Positions 8,796 to 17,018 of a DNA stretch of 44,789 bases are shown in pieces. A model generated the notes under the pieces. That model ran no database searches. It was not told where the DNA came from and worked only from the letters and a program-made list of their open reading frames with translations. The DNA is from Candidatus Rokubacteria bacterium GWC2_70_16 (GTDB lineage Bacteria; Methylomirabilota; Methylomirabilia; Rokubacteriales; CSP1-6): positions 1 to 44,789 of the forward strand of contig MGBV01000283.1 in NCBI GenBank assembly GCA_001788415.1, given 5' to 3'. A program made the position numbers and the translations under genes. Each line of letters begins with the position of its first letter. The first letter of the stretch is position 1.

Positions 8796-10409
8796 ATGAC
8801 CAGCGAAAAGAAGGCCAGGGATGTCGTGCTGCACTCGGGGATCCCCGTGAAGCCGGTGTACGGGCCCGGGGATCTCGCGGACTTCGATCCGGCCCGCGAT
8901 CTCGGCGTGCCGGGGGAGTACCCCTTCACCCGCGGGATCCACCCCGAGATGTACCGGGCGCGGGTGTGGACGATGAGGCAGTACGTCGGCTTCGGGACCC
9001 CCGCCGAGAGCAACGGCCGTTTCAAGTACCTCATGGCCCACGGCCAGGACGCCCTCAACGTGGCCTTCGACCTGCCGACTCAGCTGGGGCTCGACTCCGA
9101 CGATGCGCGGGCCGCGGGGGAGGTGGGGCGCGTCGGCATGGCCGTGGACAGCCTGGCCGACATGGAGGAGGCCTTCGACGGCATCGCCGCAAACCGCGTG
9201 AGCGTGTCCTTCACCATCAACTCCATGGCCGCCATCATTCAGGCCATGTACATGGTGGTCGCCGAGAAGCAGGGGATACCCTGGGACCGGATCGTCACCA
9301 CGCCGCAGAACGACATCCTCAAGGAGTTCGTCGCGCGTGGCACCTGGGTGTACCCGGTGGAGCCGTCGCTCAGGCTCGTGGCCGACCTCGCGGAGTTCTG
9401 CGCCCGGCGGGCCCCGCGCGTCAACCCCATCTCCATCTGCGGCTACCACATCAGGGAGGCCGGCTGCACCACCGCGCAGGAGATGGCCTATGGGCTCGCC
9501 ATGGCCGCCGCCTACACCGAGCTCCTCCTGCGGCGTGGCCTGGACGTGGACGAGTTTGCCCCCCGACTTTCGTTCAACTTCACCTGCTGGGGGAAGATCT
9601 TCGAGGAGGTGGCCAAGTTCCGGGCCGGCCGCCGCCTCTATGCGCGGATGATGAAGGAGCGCTTCGGCGCGAAGAACCCCAAGAGCATGATGTTCCGCTC
9701 GCTCATCGGGGGCGGGGGCTCCGCCTTCACCGTCCAGGAGCCGGAGAACAACATCGTGCGCGGCGCCTATCTCGCGCTGACGGCGGCGCTCTCAGGCGCC
9801 CAGACCATGGCGCTGCCCACCTACGATGAGGCCTACACCATCCCGTCGCCCAAGGCCCAGCTCATCGCGCTCCGGACCATGCAGATCTGCGCCGAGGAGA
9901 GCGGGGTGGCGGACACGGTGGATCCCCTCGGCGGCTCGTACTACGTCGAGGCCCTCACCCAGGCGATGGAGAAGAAGATCCTGGAGGAGCTGGCCCATGT
10001 CGAGACGCTGGGCGGCATCGTCGAGGCCGTCAAGTCGGGCGCTCTCCAGGCCGAGGTGGCGCGGGAGGCGTACCGCTTCGAGCAGAAAGTCCTCTCGGGG
10101 GAGATTCCCAAGGTGGGCGTGAACCGCCACGTGGCGCAGGATGGCGAGGCCCAGAGCCGCGACCTCGAGCTCTACCGCCTCGACCCCCGCGTGGAACAGG
10201 CGCAGGTGGTGAAGCTCGATCGCCTCCGGCGGGAGCGCGACGGCCAGACCGTGGCGCGCGCCCTGGACCGGCTCAGGGACGAGGCCCGGGGCGCCGGCAA
10301 CCTCATGGGGCCCATTCTCGAGGGGGTGCGCGCCTACGCGACGCTCGGCGAGATGGCGGGCGCGCTCAGGGACGTCTTCGGCGAGCACAAGGAGCCGGTG
10401 AGGTTCTGA
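8796..10409 (+). CDS. Methylmalonyl-CoA-mutase-family large (substrate-binding TIM-barrel) subunit
   Basis: 537 aa with GAGGAGGG upstream. Carries the MCM-family motifs RQYVGFGT and TPQNDILKEFVARGTW. Confidence 0.9.
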   Translation: MTSEKKARDVVLHSGIPVKPVYGPGDLADFDPARDLGVPGEYPFTRGIHPEMYRARVWTMRQYVGFGTPAESNGRFKYLMAHGQDALNVAFDLPTQLGLDSDDARAAGEVGRVGMAVDSLADMEEAFDGIAANRVSVSFTINSMAAIIQAMYMVVAEKQGIPWDRIVTTPQNDILKEFVARGTWVYPVEPSLRLVADLAEFCARRAPRVNPISICGYHIREAGCTTAQEMAYGLAMAAAYTELLLRRGLDVDEFAPRLSFNFTCWGKIFEEVAKFRAGRRLYARMMKERFGAKNPKSMMFRSLIGGGGSAFTVQEPENNIVRGAYLALTAALSGAQTMALPTYDEAYTIPSPKAQLIALRTMQICAEESGVADTVDPLGGSYYVEALTQAMEKKILEELAHVETLGGIVEAVKSGALQAEVAREAYRFEQKVLSGEIPKVGVNRHVAQDGEAQSRDLELYRLDPRVEQAQVVKLDRLRRERDGQTVARALDRLRDEARGAGNLMGPILEGVRAYATLGEMAGALRDVFGEHKEPVRF

Positions 10410-10411
10410 GG

Positions 10412-11605
10412 ATGAACCTGTTCTCCGGGGTGCGGGTGCTGGATCTCTCCCGGATGCTGGCCGGGCCCTATGGCTCGATGCTCATGGCCGATCTCGGCGC
10501 CGAGGTCATCAAGATCGAGGAGCCGGAGGGCGGCGACCCCATGCGGAGCATGGGACCACCCTTTCTCGCCAACGGGGAGAGCGCCTACTTCCTCAGCATC
10601 AACCGGAACAAGAAGAGCGTGGCGCTGGATCTCACGCGGGAGGCGGGCCGCGCCACCCTTCGCGACCTGGCGCGCGTCGCCGACGTGGTATGGGACAATT
10701 TCAGGCCCGGGATGCTGACAAAGCTCGGCGCCGACCCCGAGAGGCTCAGGGCGGTGAACCCGCGCCTCATCTGCTGCTCGATCTCCGCCTTCGGGCAGGA
10801 GGGGCCGTATCGTGACTGGCCGGCCTTCGATCTCGCGCTCCAGGCCATGGGCGGGGCCATGAGCATCACGGGGGAGGAGGGGCGCGCTCCCGTGCGCATG
10901 GGCCTGCCCATGGGCGACCTGGCGGGCGGGCTGTTCGGCGCCCTCGCCGTGGCGGGGGCGCTGTTCAGGAGGGAGCGGACGGGGCAGGGAGGCGTCGTGG
11001 ACCTCTCGCTGCTCGACTGCCAGGTCTCGCTCCTCACCTACCTCGCGCAGTACTTCTGGGCCGACGGGAAGGTGCCGGGACCCATGGGCTCCGGCCACAC
11101 CTCCGTCGTGCCCTACCAGGCGCTGCCTGCGCGTGACGGCTACCTGGTCGTCGCCGTCTTCGCCGAGAAGTTCTGGAGCGGGTTCTGCCGCGCCATGGAG
11201 CGGCCGGACCTCGAGCGCGACCGGCGCTTCGAGACCAACCTCCAGCGCGTCGCAGCCAGGGGGGCGCTGATCGCGCTGCTCGAGGAGATCTTCCGGACGC
11301 GGTCCGTGCGCGACTGGCTCGAGGCGCTGCAGCGGGAGGGCGTGCCGGCGGCCCCGATCCAGTCGGTGGACCAGGTCCTGTCCGACCCCCAGGTCAGCCA
11401 TCGGCAGATGGTGGTGGAGTTGCGCCACCCCGCCCTGGGACGGGTTCCCACGCTCGGGACGCCCATCAAGGTGGACGGGGCGCTGGGGCTCGAGGTGGTG
11501 CCGGCGCCGCGGCTGGGGGAGCACACCGAGGAGGTGCTGACGGGCCTCCTGGCCTACCCGGGCGAGCGGGTGGAGCGTCTGAGGTACGAGGGGGTCGCCC
11601 GGTGA
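10412..11605 (+). CDS. Family III CoA-transferase (CaiB/BaiF/Frc/BbsF-type)
   Basis: 397 aa. N-terminal LSRMLAGPYGSMLMADLGAEVIKIE motif typical of family III CoA-transferases. The start lies 2 nt after the mutase stop. Confidence 0.9.
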   Translation: MNLFSGVRVLDLSRMLAGPYGSMLMADLGAEVIKIEEPEGGDPMRSMGPPFLANGESAYFLSINRNKKSVALDLTREAGRATLRDLARVADVVWDNFRPGMLTKLGADPERLRAVNPRLICCSISAFGQEGPYRDWPAFDLALQAMGGAMSITGEEGRAPVRMGLPMGDLAGGLFGALAVAGALFRRERTGQGGVVDLSLLDCQVSLLTYLAQYFWADGKVPGPMGSGHTSVVPYQALPARDGYLVVAVFAEKFWSGFCRAMERPDLERDRRFETNLQRVAARGALIALLEEIFRTRSVRDWLEALQREGVPAAPIQSVDQVLSDPQVSHRQMVVELRHPALGRVPTLGTPIKVDGALGLEVVPAPRLGEHTEEVLTGLLAYPGERVERLRYEGVAR

Positions 11606-13899
11606 GCTTCGACGTCATCGGCAAGGCGACGCCCAAGCGGGACGGCCTCGACAAGGTGACGGGCCGCACGCAGTATCTCCACGATCTCACACTGCCGCGC
11701 ATGGCCCACGGGGCCATCCTGAGGACCGAGGTCCCGCACGCGCGGATCGTGCGCATCGACACCGCCGCCGCCGAGCGTCTGCCCGGGGTGATCGGCGTCA
11801 TCACGGCCGACAGGGTGGAGCAGCGCCCCTTCGGCTACGCGAAGGACCACCTGGCGCTCAAGGGCGGGCCCGGCAACCGGAAGGTCCGCTGCATCAGGGA
11901 CGAGATCGCCGCGGTGGCGGCCGAGACCGAGGACATCGCGCAGGAGGCGGTGGCGCTCATCGAGGTGGAGTACGAGGAGCTGCCGGCGGTGTTCGACCCC
12001 GCCTCCGCCCTCCGGCCCGGTGCCCCGCTCGTCCATGAGGAGATGGGGACGAATCTCGTCAGCCTCCGCTACCAGTTCTCCCACGGCGACGTGGAGGCCG
12101 GCTTCGCGCGCGCTGCCGCCGTGGTCGAGGGGACGTATCGGCTCAACTACGTGACCACGGCGTGCCTCGGGACCATGGCGTCCATCGCCTCCTGGGGAGC
12201 GGACGGCTCGCTCACCATGTGGACCACCACGCAAGTGCCCTTCCTCTACCAGCGCGATCTCGCGGAGGCGCTCGGGATCGGCGGGGACAGGGTGAGGGTG
12301 ATCCAGCCGCCCGTCGGGGGCAGCTTCGGACGCGGCCTCGATCTCTACCCCATCGACATCATCGCGGCCCTCCTGGCCCGTCACGTGCGGCGGCCCGTCA
12401 AGATCGCCTTCGAGCGGGTCGAGGAGTTCATCGCGAGCCCGACCCGCGAGCCCTGCGTGATCCACCTCCGCTCGGCGGCGGACGCCTCCGGGCGGCTCCT
12501 GGCCCGCGATGCGCGCGTCGTCATCGACAACGGGGCCTACGTCTCCTGGGGCTCGACGACGCCCTACGTGATGCTCTCCACCACGGCGGGGCTCTACCGC
12601 TGCCCGGCCGTGCGCTTCGACACCACCATCGTCTACACCAACAACCCCTACTCGGGCTCGATGCGCGGCTACGGCAATCTCGAGTCCACCTTCGCCATCG
12701 AGGCGCAGATGGACGACCTAGCGGAGCGGCTGGGCCTGGACCGCCTGGAGATCCGGCGGCGCAACGCCACCCGCACCGGCGACGTAAACCCGCAGGGCAA
12801 CGTGATCACCTCCTGCGCCATGACCGAGTGCCTGGACACGGCGGAGCGGGAGATCGCGCGGGCCGCCGCCGCGCCGGCGCGCCCGGGGTGGAAGCGCGGC
12901 GTGGGCTTCGCGGCCATGTTCCACGTGGCCGGCGGCGCCCGGGTCTACCGCTCCGACGGCTGCGGGGCCATCCTCAGGCTCGACGACTTCGGCAAGGCGT
13001 CGCTCCTCACGGGCGCCAGCGAGATCGGCCAGGGGTCCGAGACCGTGCTCGCCATGATCGTGGCCGAGGAGCTGGGCATCCCGCTGGAGCGCGTGGAGGT
13101 GATCAACAGCGACACCTCCGTGAAACCGTGGGATGTGGGGGCGCATGCCAGCCGCACGACCTTCATCGCGGGCAACGCCGCACTCCAGGCCGCGCGCTCG
13201 CTGAAGCGCAGGCTCCTGGCGCTGGCCGCGGAGGTGATGGACGAGAAGGCCGAGGACCTGGAGCTCGTCTCGGGGCGGGTGCGCGTCCAGGGCCGTCCCG
13301 AGCGGAGCCTGCCGTACGAGCGCGTGGTGCGGGCCGGCCACTTCCGTCCTGGCGGCCAGGCGCTCGTCGCCGAGGCGTTCTACGACCCGCCCAACGAGAT
13401 GCTGTCGAAGGACCTCCGCGGCAATGTCTCGGCCGCCTACGGCTTCGCCGCCCAGGCGGCGCTGGTGGAGGTGAGCGAGGAGACGGGGGAGGTGCGCGTC
13501 CTCAAGATCGTCTCCGCTCACGACGTGGGCCGGGCGCTGAACCCCATGGCCGCCGAGGGGCAGATCCACGGCGGGATCCACATGGGGCTGGGCTATGCGC
13601 TCAGCGAGGAGCTGGTGATCCGCGAGGGGCGGGTGCTCAATCCGCAGTTCATGGAGTACGCGCTCTTCCCGGCGCCCGACATGCCCGAGATCGACGTGCG
13701 CCTCATCGAGACGGTGGACGAGAGCGGCCCCTTCGGCGCCAAGGGCCTGGGCGAGTCCGGGGTGATCCCGCTGTCGGCGGCCATCGCGAACGCCGTCAAG
13801 GACGCCATCGGGTTGCGCTTCACCGAGCTTCCCATCACCCCCCAGCGCGTCCACGCCGCCCTCGTGGCGGCGCGCAGCACAGAACGGACACCCCGATGA
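11602..13899 (+). CDS. Molybdopterin-binding large subunit of a xanthine dehydrogenase / aldehyde oxidase / 4-hydroxybenzoyl-CoA-reductase-family hydroxylase
   Basis: 765 aa with a GTGA overlap with the CoA-transferase. Has an a/b-hammerhead N-terminus, the VGGSFGRG motif and a C-terminal GLGESG containing the conserved Glu. Confidence 0.9.
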   Translation: MSFDVIGKATPKRDGLDKVTGRTQYLHDLTLPRMAHGAILRTEVPHARIVRIDTAAAERLPGVIGVITADRVEQRPFGYAKDHLALKGGPGNRKVRCIRDEIAAVAAETEDIAQEAVALIEVEYEELPAVFDPASALRPGAPLVHEEMGTNLVSLRYQFSHGDVEAGFARAAAVVEGTYRLNYVTTACLGTMASIASWGADGSLTMWTTTQVPFLYQRDLAEALGIGGDRVRVIQPPVGGSFGRGLDLYPIDIIAALLARHVRRPVKIAFERVEEFIASPTREPCVIHLRSAADASGRLLARDARVVIDNGAYVSWGSTTPYVMLSTTAGLYRCPAVRFDTTIVYTNNPYSGSMRGYGNLESTFAIEAQMDDLAERLGLDRLEIRRRNATRTGDVNPQGNVITSCAMTECLDTAEREIARAAAAPARPGWKRGVGFAAMFHVAGGARVYRSDGCGAILRLDDFGKASLLTGASEIGQGSETVLAMIVAEELGIPLERVEVINSDTSVKPWDVGAHASRTTFIAGNAALQAARSLKRRLLALAAEVMDEKAEDLELVSGRVRVQGRPERSLPYERVVRAGHFRPGGQALVAEAFYDPPNEMLSKDLRGNVSAAYGFAAQAALVEVSEETGEVRVLKIVSAHDVGRALNPMAAEGQIHGGIHMGLGYALSEELVIREGRVLNPQFMEYALFPAPDMPEIDVRLIETVDESGPFGAKGLGESGVIPLSAAIANAVKDAIGLRFTELPITPQRVHAALVAARSTERTPR

Positions 13900-13910
13900 G
13901 CCCCATGGGG

Positions 13911-13957
13911 GCGAAGAGGCCCCCCCGCAACGCGGACTCTTCGACGTTCAGGCGAGA
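13911..13957 (-). repeat. 47-bp interspersed repeat, copy A (inverted relative to copy B)
   Basis: The reverse complement, tctcgcCtgaacgtcgaagaGtCcgcgttgcggGGgggcctcttcgc, matches 18740-18786 at 42 of 47 positions. It sits in the only sizeable gap (74 nt) of the large operon. Confidence 0.8.
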
Positions 13958-13973
13958 CAAAAAAAGCCAGCCC

Positions 13974-14468
13974 ATGACAGAGCACCCGGCCCCGAGCCTG
14001 CTGGCGGAGCTTCGAGACGACGGCCACGGCCGGCTCCTGTACCGCGGTTCGCGCTTCCTGCTCATCCGCCCCGAGACGCTGGTCGCCGCCCAGCGCGCCG
14101 TGGAGGCGGCCGCCGGCCCCGGGGCGGCCGAGTGCTTCGCCGCCGGGGGCCGGGCGGGCGGCGCCCGTGCCACCGCGGCCGTCGCGGGGGAGGCCCGCGA
14201 GCGGCTGGACAGGCTGTTGAAGATGGGACGGGAGCTCGGCTGGGGGGAGTTCGGGGTGGAGTCCTGGAACCCGGCGCGGCTCGTCATCACGGTGAAGCAC
14301 TCGCCCTTCGCCGAGGCCCATGGCCGGAGCCAGGGGCCCGTGTGCCACCTGATCCGCGGCGTGGTCGAGGCCTTCGCCGAGCAGCTCCTGCGCCGGCCCA
14401 TGCAAGCCAGCGAGACCAGCTGCGAGGCGGCCGGCGATCTCATCTGCCGCTTCGAGGCGCGGGCGTGA
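13974..14468 (+). CDS. V4R (4-vinyl-reductase-type) small-molecule-binding domain protein
   Basis: 164 aa, starting at an in-frame ATG near the end of a long spurious ORF (12162..14468). The C-terminal pattern HSPFAE...PVCHLIRGVVEAFAE...ICRFE is typical of V4R domains. There is no clear SD. Confidence 0.65.
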   Translation: MTEHPAPSLLAELRDDGHGRLLYRGSRFLLIRPETLVAAQRAVEAAAGPGAAECFAAGGRAGGARATAAVAGEARERLDRLLKMGRELGWGEFGVESWNPARLVITVKHSPFAEAHGRSQGPVCHLIRGVVEAFAEQLLRRPMQASETSCEAAGDLICRFEARA

Positions 14469-14498
14469 CACGACACGTCCCCCTCCGCGCCCTCTGAG

Positions 14499-14945
14499 AT
14501 GGCGGCTCACGGCGAGCAGGCGATACGGGAGGCGGGAGGCGGGCTGCTCCGCGAGGTCCTTCACCTCGGGATCGTCGTGGAGAGCCTCGACCGGTCGGTG
14601 GCCCAGTGGGAGCGGCTGTTCGGCGTCCGCGCCAGCGATGCGTGGTCGAGCGACGCGGTGGGAGTGCGGGTGGCCTTCTTCGAGGTGGGCGCGACGCGGA
14701 TCGAGCTGGTCGAGTACACGGGCCCTGTCGTCCAGCGCTTCGGCCCGGTGCTCGCCCGCCGTGAGGGGGTCCATCACGTGTGCTTCCGGGTGGACGACAT
14801 CGAGGCCGCGCTCGGCGAGCTGAGCGCGCGGGGCCTGCGAGTTGTGCCGGGCTTTCCGGTGGACGGGGCGCATGGGCGGATCGCCTTCCTCGAGCCCGAG
14901 CCCACCACCGGCCTCATCGCCGAACTGTGCGAGCTCCGGGCATGA
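14499..14945 (+). CDS. VOC-family protein, methylmalonyl-CoA epimerase-like
   Basis: 148 aa. Paired glyoxalase-fold modules (HLGIVV...IELVE and HHVCFRV...IAELCE) arranged as in methylmalonyl-CoA epimerases. Confidence 0.75.
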   Translation: MAAHGEQAIREAGGGLLREVLHLGIVVESLDRSVAQWERLFGVRASDAWSSDAVGVRVAFFEVGATRIELVEYTGPVVQRFGPVLARREGVHHVCFRVDDIEAALGELSARGLRVVPGFPVDGAHGRIAFLEPEPTTGLIAELCELRA

Positions 14946-14960
14946 CCGGGGCGCGCTGAG

Positions 14961-17018
14961 ATGGCCTACCGGATGGGAGTGGATGTGGGGGGGACCTTCA
15001 CTGACTTCCTGCTGCACCGCCACGGAGAATCCCCGCGGGTGGCCAAGACGCCGAGCACGCCCGAGGACCTCTCGGAGGGCGTCCTGGCGGGCCTCGCCGA
15101 GCTGGCCGAGGCCGAGGGCATGGGGCTGAGGGAATTCCTCGGCCGCGTGGAGCTGATCGTCCACGGGACCACGGTGACCACCAACGCGGTGCTCACGGGC
15201 TCCGTGGCCCGGGTGGGGCTCCTCACCACGCGCGGCTTTCGCGACGCCCTGGCCATGCGCCGCGGCATCCGCGAGGCCCAGTACGACAACCGGTACACGG
15301 CCCCCACACCGCTGGTGCCGCGCTGGCTCCGCCTCCCCGTGACGGAGCGGGTGGAGGTCTCGGGCGAGGTGAGGACGCCGCTGGACCCGGAGAGCCTCGA
15401 GGCGGCGCTCGCGCGGCTCACGGAGGCCGGCGTCGAGGCGGTGGCGATCTGCTTCCTGCACGCCTGGGCCAACCCCGCCCACGAGGTCCTCGCCGAGGCG
15501 CGGACGCTGGCGGCGCTTCCGGGTGCCTACGTGTCTCGCTCCTCGGCGCTCCTGCCTCAGATCCGCTTCGCCGAGCGCGTGAGCACCGCGGTGCTCAACG
15601 GCGCCGTGGGCCCCGTGCTCCGCCGCTACCTCGACCGGCTCGGCGCGCGGCTGGGCGAGGCGGGGTTCCGCGGCGTGCTCCTGATCATGCAGTCCAACGG
15701 CGGTGTGGCGGCGCCGGCCGCGGCGCGGGCGGCGGCGGCCAGCACGCTCCTCTCCGGGCCCGCGGCGGCGCCCACGGCGGGGCTCGCGTACGCGGCGCCC
15801 CACGGCGTCCGCGACTTCCTCACCGTGGACATGGGAGGCACGTCCTTCGACGTGTGCCTGGTTCGAGCCGGCGCGGCAGCCATAACCACCGAGGGGCGCA
15901 TCGCGCGCTATCCCTTCGGCCTCGCCGCGCTGGCGATTCACACCATCGGCGCCGGGGGCGGCTCCATTGGCTGGCTGGACGAGGGAGGGCTCCTGCGCAT
16001 GGGGCCCCGGAGCGCCGGGGCCGCGCCAGGCCCCGCCTGCTACGGCCGCGGAGGGAGTCTGCCGACCTGCACCGACGCCGACCTGCTGCTCGGCTCCCTG
16101 CGGGCGGAGCGCTTCCTGGGCGGCCGGCTGCGCCTGGACGCGGCGGCGGCGTGGCGCGCGATGGAGAGGCTGGCGGGTCCCCTCGGGCTGTCGGTGGAGG
16201 CGGCAGCGGCGGGCATGGTGCAGGTGATCGACGCCAACATGGCCGCCGGGATCCGCCACGTGACGGTGGAGCGGGGACACGACCCGCGGGAATTCCTCCT
16301 GGTGGTCGGCGGCGGCGCGGGCCCCGTCCACGCCGCGGGGATCGCCGCCGAGCTGGGGCTCACGCGCATCCTGGTGCCACGCAGCTCGTCCATCTTCTGC
16401 GCGGGAGGGCTCCTGCTCTCCGACCTCCGTCACGATTTCGTCCGGACCTACGTGACGCCCTTCGAGCGGGCCGATCGCGACAGGCTGCGCGCCATCGTGG
16501 CGTCCCTGGGACGGGAGGGGCGCGGTGCGCTCGCCGTCGAGGGCATCCGCGGGGGGCAGGTGAGCCTCTCCTTCACCTGCGACGTCCGGTACCTCGGCCA
16601 GTACCACGAGCTGCCGGTGTCCTGGCTCCCGGACGAGGCGCAGGAGGGCGACCTCGACGGGGTCGCGAAACGCTTCCACGAGGCGCATGACCGGCTCTAC
16701 GGCTACGCGCTCCCGGACACGCCGCTGGAGCTGGTGAATGTCCGCGGGGTGGCCCTCGGGCTCACGGAGAAGCCGCCGCTGCCCGAGGTGCCGCCGGGGA
16801 CGGGGGACGGGGCGCGGCGCGGCCGCCGCCGCGTGTGGATGGGCGAGGAGCAAGCCTTCGCGGAGGCGGCCGTCTACGAGGGCGAGGCCCTCGGGGCGGG
16901 CGCCCGCCTCGCGGGGCCGGCGGTGGTGGAGCTCGACGCCACCACGGTGGTCGTCCCTCCTGCGTGGCGCCTCGAGACCGACCGCCACGGCTCCTTCCTC
17001 CTGGAGCGGCTCCCGTGA
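14961..17018 (+). CDS. hyuA: Hydantoinase A / oxoprolinase family protein (HyuA-type), copy 2
   Basis: 685 aa with the N-terminal MGVDVGGTFTDFL motif. It is a paralogue of 1332..3410. Confidence 0.9.
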   Translation: MAYRMGVDVGGTFTDFLLHRHGESPRVAKTPSTPEDLSEGVLAGLAELAEAEGMGLREFLGRVELIVHGTTVTTNAVLTGSVARVGLLTTRGFRDALAMRRGIREAQYDNRYTAPTPLVPRWLRLPVTERVEVSGEVRTPLDPESLEAALARLTEAGVEAVAICFLHAWANPAHEVLAEARTLAALPGAYVSRSSALLPQIRFAERVSTAVLNGAVGPVLRRYLDRLGARLGEAGFRGVLLIMQSNGGVAAPAAARAAAASTLLSGPAAAPTAGLAYAAPHGVRDFLTVDMGGTSFDVCLVRAGAAAITTEGRIARYPFGLAALAIHTIGAGGGSIGWLDEGGLLRMGPRSAGAAPGPACYGRGGSLPTCTDADLLLGSLRAERFLGGRLRLDAAAAWRAMERLAGPLGLSVEAAAAGMVQVIDANMAAGIRHVTVERGHDPREFLLVVGGGAGPVHAAGIAAELGLTRILVPRSSSIFCAGGLLLSDLRHDFVRTYVTPFERADRDRLRAIVASLGREGRGALAVEGIRGGQVSLSFTCDVRYLGQYHELPVSWLPDEAQEGDLDGVAKRFHEAHDRLYGYALPDTPLELVNVRGVALGLTEKPPLPEVPPGTGDGARRGRRRVWMGEEQAFAEAAVYEGEALGAGARLAGPAVVELDATTVVVPPAWRLETDRHGSFLLERLP

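Noticed and set aside
13593-16988. 1131-aa minus-strand ORF, and similar long ORFs at 1227..3305(-), 5028..6815(-), 35135..37153(-), 12162..14468(+) and 34235..36907(+).
   Set aside because: These are antisense or off-frame shadows of well-supported genes in a GC3-saturated genome. Their translations are Arg/Pro/Gly/Ala-rich low-complexity sequence with no motifs, and stop codons are simply rare in these frames.
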